A stretch of DNA of 62,192 nucleotides from Vicinamibacteria bacterium (lineage in GTDB: Bacteria; Acidobacteriota; Vicinamibacteria; Fen-336): contig DATKEG010000010.1 in the NCBI GenBank assembly GCA_035544515.1, forward strand, positions 1 to 62,192, read 5' to 3'. Shown in pieces: positions 19,651-28,384 of this stretch. The position numbers were made by a program, and so were the translations under genes. Position 1 is the first letter of the stretch; the number at the start of each line of letters is the position of its first letter. The notes under the pieces are model-generated. The model searched no databases. It worked only from the letters and a program-made list of their open reading frames with translations, and was not told the DNA's origin.

Positions 19651-19652
19651 TT
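19614..19652 (+). terminator. Rho-independent terminator
   Basis: CCCCGGAGGG-AACGAAAA-CCCTCCGGGG followed by TTTTTCCTTTT. Confidence 0.8.
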
Positions 19653-19661
19653 AAACCGGAA

Positions 19662-19766
19662 TGCGCTGCTCTCCGCTCCGCGCTCGACTTCATCAAACGC
19701 GTCGCGCCGGGATGAACCCGGCGCGAGCGACAGTGGAAACGCTCCGCTGCGAGCAGCGAACTCGAG
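19662..19766. repeat. Dispersed hairpin repeat family copy (forward orientation)
   Basis: GCGCTGCTCTCCGCTCCGCGCT ... CGCGCCGGG-ATGAA-CCCGGCGCG ... GGAAACGCTCCGCTGCG. It aligns along its length with 44426..44528. Confidence 0.8.
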
Positions 19767-19822
19767 TCGTCAAGCAGTGCTTGAGGTAGCCCCTTCCGCC
19801 ACCGCGTGCGCGGTGTCGGTCT

Positions 19823-22021
19823 TTACGCCTCTACCCTGCGGTCCGGGGTGCCCGGCAGGTCCGCCTTCGGCGGCGGGGGCGTTTGCAGCGGCTTGCGGGC
19901 GTAGTGGTAGAGGGAGAAGCCGAGCAGGGCGAAGACCACGAGGGCCACGATGTTCGAGTCGCCGAGGCCGAGAGCGGGGCCGAACTTCACCGCGTCCACC
20001 GGCAGCCACCCCGCGCCCTCCATCACCTTGAGGCCCATGGCGAGCAGGCCGACGATGCCGCCGGCGGCGATGAGGCCGCTGGCGTAGAGCGCGCCGGGGC
20101 TGGCCTCGCCCTCTTCCGTCTTCTTCATCCCGCGCTCCGCGAGCCACCGGACGATGCCGCCGCAGAAGATGGCCGCGGTCGTGCCGATGGAAAGGTACGA
20201 CCCGACGGCGAAGCTCAGTGAGCGGATGCCGAGCAACTCCACCGCGATCACGAGGAAGACGCCGAGGAGCACCAGCCCCCAGGGCAGCTTTTGCGTGAGG
20301 ATGCCGTTGATGACGACGGACATGAGGCGGGCCTGCGGCGCGGGCGCGTCCTGGCTGCCGATGCCCTGGATCCACTGCAGCTCGACCTGGCCGGTCTGCG
20401 GGTCGAGCAGGTATTTGCCTTCCGCCACCGTCGAGGAGCCGATGGCGTTGAGGACGGTGTAGCTCCGGCCCTGGTACTCCTTCTCGCCCTGCACGACCAC
20501 GCCTTCGGGCAGGGCGTTCACGTCCACGACCACGGCCGCCGGCTGGTAGCGCTCGAGCGCCTTGTTCATCAGCATGAGCGTGCCGCCGATGACGAACGCG
20601 GACGCGGTCACCCCCGCGAACAGCGCGATCTGCTGCGACGACGGCGTGGCGCCCACCAGGAAGCCGGTCTTGAGGTCCTGCGAGGTGGCGCCCGCGTTGG
20701 CCGCGGCGATGCACACCACTCCGCCCACGGTCAGGGCGAGCGCCGCGTAGGCCGGCCCCGTCCAGCCCGCGGCCAGGAAGAGCGCGCAGGTGGCCATGAG
20801 CGTGGCGATCGTCATTCCGGACACCGGGTTCGCGGACGTGCCGATGAGGCCGCAGATGCGGGACGACACCGTCACGAACAGGAATCCGAACACCACCACC
20901 AGGACCGAGGCCATGGCGTTGTCGAAGGCGCCGGTGGGAGCGCTCGGGACGGGCTTGAGCGTCAGCAGCGACCACAGCATCAGGACGATCACGGCCGAGC
21001 CGGCCAGCACCAGGGTGAGGGGCAGGTCGCGGTCGATCCGCTCGCCCACGTTGGGGCCGCCGCCCGTGTCGCTCTTGCGCAGCTCCGTCGCCCCCGCGCG
21101 CAGGGCGGCCACGATCGTGGGCAGGGTCTTGGCCAGCGTGATCAGGCCGGCGGCGGCCACCGCCCCCGCGCCGATGTAGCGGATGTAGAAGTTCCAGAGC
21201 TGGTCCGACGTCATCAGCGCGATGGGCACGGTGCTGGGATAGATCGGCGTGGGCACCAGGCTGCCGAAGAACTTGATGGCGGGCATCATCACCAGCCAGG
21301 AGAAGACGCCGCCCGCGAAGATGGTGCCCGCGATGCGGGGGCCGATGATGTACCCGACGCCCAGGTATTCCGAGGTGATGTTGGCGCGCAGCGAGGCGCC
21401 GGGCAAGAAGAGCGGGTCGTAGGTGGGCGTGCTCTTCACCACCGCGAACGCATGCTCGTTCTGGAAGAGGGTGTAGACGCCGCCCAGGCCGAGGCCGTAG
21501 AAGACGCGGCTGGCGAAGGAACCGCCTTTCTCGCCCGCCACCAGCACGTCGGCGCAGGCCGTTCCCTCGGGATAGAGCAGGTTGGCGTGCTCCTTCACGA
21601 TGAGCTGCCGCCGGAGCGGGATCATGAAGAGCACGCCCAGCCAGCCTCCGATCATGGCCAGGAAGAGGATGCGGGAGTACTCCAGGTCGAAGCCGAGGAA
21701 GATGAGGGCGGGCAGCGTGAAGATGACGCCCGCCGCCACCGACTCGCCGGCGGAACCCGTGGTCTGGACGATGTTGTTCTCCAGGATGGTGGACCCGAAC
21801 CTGCGCAGCAGCCCGATGGAGAGCACGGCGATGGGGATGGACGCGGAGACGGTCAGGCCGGCGCGCAGGCCCACGTAGACCGTGACCGCGCCGAACACCA
21901 GCCCGAAGAACATGCCCACGATCACGGCCCGCGCGGTCAGCTCCGGAACCCTCGCGTCGTTGGCGACGTAGGGCCTGAACTCGGCGGCGGGCGCGGCGGC
22001 CGGCTGATGCTCGAGGGCCAT
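19823..22021 (-). CDS. OPT-family oligopeptide transporter
   Basis: 732-aa polytopic membrane protein of about 16 TM segments. Sequence features recall the OPT superfamily (N-terminal ELT.RA...G, and long Gly/Ala-rich helices). Confidence 0.85.
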   Translation of the reverse strand: MALEHQPAAAPAAEFRPYVANDARVPELTARAVIVGMFFGLVFGAVTVYVGLRAGLTVSASIPIAVLSIGLLRRFGSTILENNIVQTTGSAGESVAAGVIFTLPALIFLGFDLEYSRILFLAMIGGWLGVLFMIPLRRQLIVKEHANLLYPEGTACADVLVAGEKGGSFASRVFYGLGLGGVYTLFQNEHAFAVVKSTPTYDPLFLPGASLRANITSEYLGVGYIIGPRIAGTIFAGGVFSWLVMMPAIKFFGSLVPTPIYPSTVPIALMTSDQLWNFYIRYIGAGAVAAAGLITLAKTLPTIVAALRAGATELRKSDTGGGPNVGERIDRDLPLTLVLAGSAVIVLMLWSLLTLKPVPSAPTGAFDNAMASVLVVVFGFLFVTVSSRICGLIGTSANPVSGMTIATLMATCALFLAAGWTGPAYAALALTVGGVVCIAAANAGATSQDLKTGFLVGATPSSQQIALFAGVTASAFVIGGTLMLMNKALERYQPAAVVVDVNALPEGVVVQGEKEYQGRSYTVLNAIGSSTVAEGKYLLDPQTGQVELQWIQGIGSQDAPAPQARLMSVVINGILTQKLPWGLVLLGVFLVIAVELLGIRSLSFAVGSYLSIGTTAAIFCGGIVRWLAERGMKKTEEGEASPGALYASGLIAAGGIVGLLAMGLKVMEGAGWLPVDAVKFGPALGLGDSNIVALVVFALLGFSLYHYARKPLQTPPPPKADLPGTPDRRVEA

Positions 22022-22143
22022 CTTTCCTCCGCGGCAGAAGCGGCGTCATGCGTCGAGAACGGGGGTTGGCCAGGATCGTAACCGTGCCCCGGCGGGCCGT
22101 CAACGCGTTGAGCGGGGCCCGGAAAAGGGGGCGGCGCCCGCGC

Positions 22144-22174
22144 TTGACTCGGCCGGTCCGGCGGGACCTATACT
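22144..22174 (+). promoter_or_regulatory. Promoter candidate giving a leaderless mRNA
   Basis: TTGACT (22144..22149), a 19-nt spacer, then TATACT (22169..22174). ATG 22180 lies 6 nt after the -10 element and there is no SD. Confidence 0.4.
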
Positions 22175-22179
22175 GGTCC

Positions 22180-23475
22180 ATGAGCGTCCGGACCACCGCC
22201 TCCCTCCTCACCCTGGGATGCGCGCTCGCGGCCACCCTGGCCGCCCCCGGTCCGGGGGCCGCCCAGATGATCATGGGCGGCGGCTTCGACCGCTACAGCG
22301 GGCGTTACGGCGACCCGGTCGAGGTCGCCCTCGAGGACCTGGCCCGCGGCTTCGGCTACAGCAAACGGGCGGTGATCACCCAGGGCGTGCTGGACATGAT
22401 GGACGGGGGCCAGCAGTACTTCCGCCTGCGCGACGAGGGCGCGGAGGTGCTGGTGCTGGCCGTGCCCAACGCCTACGACGACGTCCGGCGCCTGCTCGGC
22501 CGCGAGGTGGAGGTGGTGGGGCTCGTGCGGGAGGTCCCCTACCGGCAACAGTGCTGCCGCGAAGCCCAGGGCGGCGGCTGCATGATGTGGCAGAGCCAGT
22601 GCGACGACCCGGACCTGCCCGCGCTGCCCAACCTGGAACAGGGCAGGAGCCACTGGCCGAACGTCTCCATCACGATCTGGGGCATCACCGACATGACGCC
22701 CCCGCCGGGTACCCAGCGCAAGCGCGAGTACAAGGGCGCGTCGCTCGAGTCGCTGGTGATGAACCCCGGCGACAAGGACGGCCAGACCGTCCGCGTGATC
22801 GGCCAGTTCCGCGGCAAGAACCTCTACGGCGACCTCCCCATCCGCTCGCAGAAGGGGTCGTCGGACTGGGTGATCAAGGACGACGCATTCGCGGTCTGGG
22901 TCACGGGCAAGAAACCGAAGGGATCGGGCTGGCAGCTCGACACCGGCCTCAAGCGCGACACCGGCCGCTGGCTCGAAGTCGTCGGCCGCGTGCAGACGGT
23001 CAACGGCGTCACGTACCTGCGCGCCGTGCAGGTGGCCCTGGCCAGCGCGCCCTCGCCGACGGCCACGGTGGAGGCGCCCCCGCCTCCGCCGGAGCGCCCG
23101 AAGGTGCCGCCCGTCGTGGTGTTCTCCCTCCCCCTCGACGGCGAGGAGGAGGTCGCCACCGACAGCCGCTTCGTCGTGCAGTTCAGCAAGGACATGGACG
23201 AGAACACGTTCGCGGGACGGGTGATGCTGCGCTACTCCGGCCCGGTCCTGCCCGGCGATCGCGCCTTCGACGGCGTAACGCTCGCGTACGACGGCGGCCG
23301 GCGCGCGCTCACCGTGGATCCGCGCGACGTGCTGCGTCCCGGGCGTTCCGTGGAGCTGCTCCTGCTGCCCGGCATCCTCGACGTCGACGGCCTCCCGCTG
23401 ACGCCCCGGCCCGGGCGATCCGACGAGATGGCGGAGTTGGCGATCGACGTCTTCACGAACCTGATCGGCGGCTGA
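22180..23475 (+). CDS. Secreted hypothetical protein with a C-terminal bacterial Ig-like (SbsA_Ig-type) domain
   Basis: Signal peptide MSVRTTASLLTLGCALAATLAAPGPGAAQ. A Pro-rich linker (APPPPPERPKVPP) is followed by VVFSLPLDGEEEVATDSRFVVQFSKDMD, typical of SbsA-like Ig domains. Confidence 0.7.
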   Translation: MSVRTTASLLTLGCALAATLAAPGPGAAQMIMGGGFDRYSGRYGDPVEVALEDLARGFGYSKRAVITQGVLDMMDGGQQYFRLRDEGAEVLVLAVPNAYDDVRRLLGREVEVVGLVREVPYRQQCCREAQGGGCMMWQSQCDDPDLPALPNLEQGRSHWPNVSITIWGITDMTPPPGTQRKREYKGASLESLVMNPGDKDGQTVRVIGQFRGKNLYGDLPIRSQKGSSDWVIKDDAFAVWVTGKKPKGSGWQLDTGLKRDTGRWLEVVGRVQTVNGVTYLRAVQVALASAPSPTATVEAPPPPPERPKVPPVVVFSLPLDGEEEVATDSRFVVQFSKDMDENTFAGRVMLRYSGPVLPGDRAFDGVTLAYDGGRRALTVDPRDVLRPGRSVELLLLPGILDVDGLPLTPRPGRSDEMAELAIDVFTNLIGG

Positions 23476-23525
23476 AGGGGGGCGGCGCCCCCACGGCGCC
23501 CGGCCACGGCCCTGCTGCTCCCCGG

Positions 23526-25241
23526 TCAGCGCTTCTTGAGTACGACGATCTCCGGGTCGAGGAACTCGGCGGGGGGACGCTTCCAGCCCTGCTGCCTGAA
23601 GCGGGCCACGGTCTCGAAGCCGGCGCGGCCCTCCAGCAACGCGCGGAAGAAGGCGGCGCGCTCGGGCCGCTGGTCCGGGTGGTCGAGGAAGCGCTCGTAG
23701 TAGGACGCGGTCAGGATCAGCCACGGCGAGGCCTCGGCCGGGTACCGCGCCGCGGCCTCCGCGAAGCGGTCGGAGGGCGCCATCTCGCGCGAGAGCGTCG
23801 GCACCACCCGCAGCGTCCGGCCCGGGGGCAGCGTCGGCGCGTACCCGGGCAGGTTCGAGATGAGGTCCACGGTCGCGCCGGCCGGCACGTGCCGCTCGAT
23901 CCACCGCGTGGCCTGCCGCCGCGCGTCCACGTAGAACAGGCGCACGACCAATACGGCGCCGAGCGCGGCGCGCGCGAGGACGAGGCCGGCCGCCAGGCGC
24001 CGGGTGCGCAGACCCGGCACGGCGGAGAGCCCCAGCGCCGCGAGCCACGCGGCGGCCGGGAACACCGGAGCCAGGAAGCGCAGTGCGCGATGGGCGGACG
24101 CGGCGACGAGCACGTAGGGCGCGACCGCCGCCAGCGCCAGGACGGCCGCCGCCTTGTCGCGCCGGGCGCGCGCCGCCGCCATGAGCAACCCCACGCCCGC
24201 CGCGAGCAGGACGGGTCCCGTCAGGCCGTCGCCGAGCAGACGCAGGTAGGGGCCGAAAGACGTGCCGGAGCCCGTGAGCCCCTTGTATTCGAAGCGCGTC
24301 TGGTCGTTGAAGGCGAGCGCGCTGAGGAACGGGATCGGATCGATGAGCACGTAGGGAGATCCGGCGACGAACCCGGCGGCCGCCGAGAGCACGACGACGG
24401 CCACCCCGCGGCGCGCCACGCGCACCGCCCAGGGCCGGCGCGCGCGCGCGAGGGCGGCCAGGGCCACCGCGAGCGCACCGAGGACGAGCGCGGCCACGCC
24501 CATCCGGCGCGTGAAGCGCAGCGCGCTCGCCGGATGCAGGAGTCGCGCGTCGTCGAGCCGCAGGCGAGCGGCGAGCGCGCCGTCGCCGCCGAGCACCAGG
24601 GCCAGTCCCAGCGCGAGCGCGGCCAGGCCGAGGGCCCCCAGCCAGAGCGCCCCTGGGCGGTCGCGATGGTCGGGGTCGCGCAGCCACACGGCGGCCAGCG
24701 CGGGCACGGCGAGGGCGGCGGCGGTGTACTTGGTGGACGCGGTCAGACCCAGGACGAGGCCGAGAGCGGCGGCGCCCGCGCGTCCCTCCGCGTGGGCCAC
24801 GGCCACGGCGAGCGTCGCCGCCGTGCCGAGCAGGAGCCACGCCTCCGGGGTCGCGAAGTGGCAGAGGTTCACGAACCCCGGCAGGAGCGCCAGCAGGAAC
24901 GCGGGCAGCGCGCCCAGGCGCGGGTGCGCGCTCCACGCCGCCAGCCCGAGCACGAGGACGGCGGCGGCGCCGGCCACCGCCGAGAGCGACCGGCCCAGCC
25001 ACAGCGGATCGCTCGCGTGTCCGGGCAGGAGAAAGGCGCGCGCGATCCGCTCCTGCAGCCGGACCGGAGCCAGCATCACGTACAGGGGCAGCGACGGGTT
25101 CACGAAAGAGTCGGGCGCCAGGCTGCCGCCTTCGACCATCCGCGCGGCCACGTCCGCCTTCTCGTCCGGATGCCAGCGCGACGGCAGGCCCCAGGTGACA
25201 CCGGCGGAACTGAGGGCCAGGCTCAGCAGGGCGGCCCCCAA
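23526..25241 (-). CDS. GT-C fold membrane glycosyltransferase (family 39 / PMT_2 / ArnT-like)
   Basis: Polytopic protein. The first extracytoplasmic loop carries WGLPSRWHPDEKAD (acidic DE motif). There is a C-terminal soluble domain. The start is uncertain; TTG 25241 was chosen so as not to overlap purE. Confidence 0.7.
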   Translation of the reverse strand: MGAALLSLALSSAGVTWGLPSRWHPDEKADVAARMVEGGSLAPDSFVNPSLPLYVMLAPVRLQERIARAFLLPGHASDPLWLGRSLSAVAGAAAVLVLGLAAWSAHPRLGALPAFLLALLPGFVNLCHFATPEAWLLLGTAATLAVAVAHAEGRAGAAALGLVLGLTASTKYTAAALAVPALAAVWLRDPDHRDRPGALWLGALGLAALALGLALVLGGDGALAARLRLDDARLLHPASALRFTRRMGVAALVLGALAVALAALARARRPWAVRVARRGVAVVVLSAAAGFVAGSPYVLIDPIPFLSALAFNDQTRFEYKGLTGSGTSFGPYLRLLGDGLTGPVLLAAGVGLLMAAARARRDKAAAVLALAAVAPYVLVAASAHRALRFLAPVFPAAAWLAALGLSAVPGLRTRRLAAGLVLARAALGAVLVVRLFYVDARRQATRWIERHVPAGATVDLISNLPGYAPTLPPGRTLRVVPTLSREMAPSDRFAEAAARYPAEASPWLILTASYYERFLDHPDQRPERAAFFRALLEGRAGFETVARFRQQGWKRPPAEFLDPEIVVLKKR

Positions 25242-25290
25242 CAGCGATCGCGGAGGGCCGGGGCTCGAGCGCGTGGCGAGCGCGTCCGGC

Positions 25291-25818
25291 CTACTTGGCG
25301 TGCAGGATCTCCTGCAGCCGGCGGGGCAGGTCGGCGGCCTTGGCCAGGACTTCCGTGGCCATCTGCCGGCGGTGCTCCTGCACCTTGGCGCGCAGCGCGG
25401 GATCGCGCAGGGCCAGGAGGCGGGCGGCGAGGTGTCCCGCGTTGGCCGCGCCCATCGCACCCACGCCGACCGTCGCCACGGGGACCCCCGGAGGCATCTG
25501 CACGGTGGAGAGGAGCGCGTCGAAACCCGAAAGGGGCGAGCCGGCCAACGGCACGCCGATGACGGGCAGGGTGGTGTGCGCCGCGGCCACGCCCGCCAGG
25601 TGGGCGGCGCCGCCCGCGCCCGCCACGATCACCTGCAGCCCGCGGCCCTCCGCCTCGCGGCAGAATTCCGTGGCCTGGTCGGGCGTCCGGTGCGCGGACA
25701 GGACGTGCGCTTCGTAGGGGATGCCGTACTGCTCGAGGACGCGCGCGCAGCCGGCCATGACCTGCAGGTCGCTGTCGCTGCCCATGAGGATGGCCACGCA
25801 GGGGGCGGGAGCCGTCAA
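25291..25818 (-). CDS. purE: N5-carboxyaminoimidazole ribonucleotide mutase
   Basis: 175-aa ORF with the motifs ILMGSDSDL, SAHRTP and AGGAAHLAG. Confidence 0.95.
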   Translation of the reverse strand: MTAPAPCVAILMGSDSDLQVMAGCARVLEQYGIPYEAHVLSAHRTPDQATEFCREAEGRGLQVIVAGAGGAAHLAGVAAAHTTLPVIGVPLAGSPLSGFDALLSTVQMPPGVPVATVGVGAMGAANAGHLAARLLALRDPALRAKVQEHRRQMATEVLAKAADLPRRLQEILHAK

Positions 25819-25824
25819 GATCGC

Positions 25825-27114
25825 CTACCTTGCGTGCAGGCGCGCGAGCGCCTTCTGCCCGATGTCCCTGCGATATTGCATGCCCTCGAACGAGATCCTG
25901 GGCACGGCCTCGTAGACGCGCTGCACGGCGGCGTCGAGGCTGGCGCCGAGCGCGGTGACGCCCAGCACGCGCCCGCCGACCGTGACGATCTGGCCGTCAC
26001 GCCGGTCGGTGGCGGCATGATAGACGACCACGTCCTCGGATCCCTCGAGATCCTCCAGGCCGTGGATGGGCTTGCCGGTCTCCACGCCGTCGGGGTACCC
26101 GCGCGAGGCCAGCACCACGCAGACCGCGGCCTCCTTCGCCCACTCGATCTTCGTCTCCTTCAGGTTCCCCGCGGCCACGCCCTGAAGCAGGGGCACGATG
26201 TCGGAGCGCATGCGCGCCATGATGACCTGCGCCTCCGGGTCGCCGAAGCGCGCGTTGAACTCGAGCACCTTCGGGCCCTGCTCCGTGATCATCAGGCCCG
26301 CATAGAGCACGCCCTGGTACTTGCGGCCTTCGGCGCCCAGTCCGGCCACGGTGGGCAGCACCACGTCCTGCAGGATCTGCTTGTGGACGTCCACGCTCAG
26401 GCTCGTGGAGGGCGACACCGTGCCCATTCCCCCCGTGTTGGGTCCCTGGTCGCCGTCGAGCAGCCGCTTGTGGTCCTGCACCGAGACCATGGGCACGACA
26501 CGCGCCCCGTCGGAGAACACCAGGAACGACACCTCGTCTCCCTCGAGGAACTCCTCCATGACGATCTTGGACCCGGCGGTGCCGAACTTCTTGTCCATCA
26601 TCATCTGGGTGACCGCGGCGCGGGCCTCGGCCTTGTCCTTCACCACCAGCGTGCCCTTGCCCGCGGCGAGCCCGTCCGCCTTGACGACGAGCGGATAGCC
26701 GAACGGCGAGCGCATGACGAAATCCAGGGCCGCTTCGGGCGAGTTGCAGATCTCGTAGCGCGGCGAGGGCACGTTGTGCCGCTGCATGAACTCGCGCGCG
26801 AAGGCCTTCGAGCCCTCGATCTCCGCGGCGGCGCGGCTGGGACAGAAGATGCTGAGCCCGCGGCGCACGAACTCGTCGGCGATGCCGAGCACCATGGGCA
26901 GCTCCGGCCCGACCACGGTGAGGTCGGCCCCGATCGTCTGGGCGAAATCGGCCAGCTCGACGATGTTCGAGGTCTCGATGGGCACGAGGTCGCCGTGCGC
27001 GGATATGCCCGCGTTTCCCGGCGCGCAGAACAACTCCTTCACGAGCGGGCTCTGGCGGATCTTCCAGGCGAGCGCGTGCTCCCGCCCCCCGTTCCCGACG
27101 ACGAGGACCTTCAC
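25825..27114 (-). CDS. purD: Phosphoribosylamine-glycine ligase
   Basis: VKVLVVGNGGREHALAWK N-terminus (GTG 27114), an ATP-grasp core, and the motif EFNARFGDPE. Confidence 0.95.
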   Translation of the reverse strand: MKVLVVGNGGREHALAWKIRQSPLVKELFCAPGNAGISAHGDLVPIETSNIVELADFAQTIGADLTVVGPELPMVLGIADEFVRRGLSIFCPSRAAAEIEGSKAFAREFMQRHNVPSPRYEICNSPEAALDFVMRSPFGYPLVVKADGLAAGKGTLVVKDKAEARAAVTQMMMDKKFGTAGSKIVMEEFLEGDEVSFLVFSDGARVVPMVSVQDHKRLLDGDQGPNTGGMGTVSPSTSLSVDVHKQILQDVVLPTVAGLGAEGRKYQGVLYAGLMITEQGPKVLEFNARFGDPEAQVIMARMRSDIVPLLQGVAAGNLKETKIEWAKEAAVCVVLASRGYPDGVETGKPIHGLEDLEGSEDVVVYHAATDRRDGQIVTVGGRVLGVTALGASLDAAVQRVYEAVPRISFEGMQYRRDIGQKALARLHAR

Positions 27115-27215
27115 ACGGACGCCTTCGCGGTTGCCAGCATTGAGGTGACAGGGAAACGGCCACAAAGTCTGGCATGCAAGGGACTTGCTGTCAACGGATG
27201 CTATTCTAGCGCCCC

Positions 27216-28379
27216 GTGGCGCGCCTCGTTCCCCTCACCTCCGTGGTGGACCTCGCCTCACGGCGCGGATCGTTCCGGCTGCTGAGCCGGCTGCGCCGCC
27301 CCGAGCGGTACACGTTCACCGTGGACATGTATTCGCACCTGCGCGAGAGCCACCCGGACACGCACGTCGGTTATTGGACGTTCCGCCTGCCCCCGGGCGA
27401 AGTGGTGAACACGTTCCACATCGACCTCACGACGATCGGCCCGGGCTCCGTGCAGAGGCAGACGGGGGAAGGCTCCCAGCGGGCGGTCGACGCCTGGACG
27501 AACCCCGCCTACGTCTTCGATCCCTTGATCGGCATCCAGCTCGTGCTGCGCCGGAGCGGCTCCGTGGTGGAGAACCGCTTCGTCACCGGCCGCGTGGGCG
27601 ACCCGGCGGTGCTGCGGTCCTACTACCACCGCGTGCACCTCGCGCACGGGTACACGCCGTCCGAGCCCTTCCTGCACGAGCTGCACGCCGCGATGCTCCG
27701 GCGGCTCGACCGGATCTTCTCGCAGTACATACCCCAGGCCAGCCGCGTGCTCGACGCCGGCTGCGGCCGGAGCCTCTTCACCGAGATCCGGCCCCATTGG
27801 CCCTTCATGCTGGTGGCGGCGGACGTGGAGCACGGGCTGCTCTGCGCGCGGCGCGCGGAGTTCAGGCACGTGCAGTGGGTGGTGGCCAGCGCGGCGCCCC
27901 TGCCCTTCCGGAGCGAGTCCTTCCACGCGCTCTTCGCCGGCGAGCTGATCGAGCACCTGCTCGATCCCCGCCAGGGAATGGCGGAGTTCCGCCGCGTGCT
28001 GCAGCCGCGCGGCCTGCTCGTCCTCACCACGCCGAACCGGCGGCGCCTGGCCAACGTGGTGGACGGTTCCGACCGCCCCTACAGCCCCGACCACCTGAGC
28101 GAGCTGAGCTACGACGAGGTCCAGGCGCTGCTGGAGGAGGAGGGATTCGACGTGCTCGAGGCCACGGGTGTGCACCTCGAACTGCTGCTCAACTGGCTCT
28201 CGTCCCAGCCCAAGCTCGATCGCCTGCAGCGGCGGTGGAACCGTCCCTGGGCGGTGCCGCTCATGCGCGCGCTCCTGGCCGCCGGCGCCCTGGCGCCGCG
28301 GTTCGCCCTCGACCTCATCTTCGTGGCCCGCAAGCGCGCCGCCGGCACGAGCAGCCGCCGGGTCAGCGGCCAGGGCTGA
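27216..28379 (+). CDS. Class I SAM-dependent methyltransferase with an uncharacterised ~150-aa N-terminal domain
   Basis: Motif I VLDAGCGRS and a post-I acidic residue, with HALFAGELIEHL and GLLVLTTPN typical of Methyltransf_11/23. It ends 5 nt before the next GT-C gene. Confidence 0.8.
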   Translation: MARLVPLTSVVDLASRRGSFRLLSRLRRPERYTFTVDMYSHLRESHPDTHVGYWTFRLPPGEVVNTFHIDLTTIGPGSVQRQTGEGSQRAVDAWTNPAYVFDPLIGIQLVLRRSGSVVENRFVTGRVGDPAVLRSYYHRVHLAHGYTPSEPFLHELHAAMLRRLDRIFSQYIPQASRVLDAGCGRSLFTEIRPHWPFMLVAADVEHGLLCARRAEFRHVQWVVASAAPLPFRSESFHALFAGELIEHLLDPRQGMAEFRRVLQPRGLLVLTTPNRRRLANVVDGSDRPYSPDHLSELSYDEVQALLEEEGFDVLEATGVHLELLLNWLSSQPKLDRLQRRWNRPWAVPLMRALLAAGALAPRFALDLIFVARKRAAGTSSRRVSGQG

Positions 28380-28384
28380 GAGCC

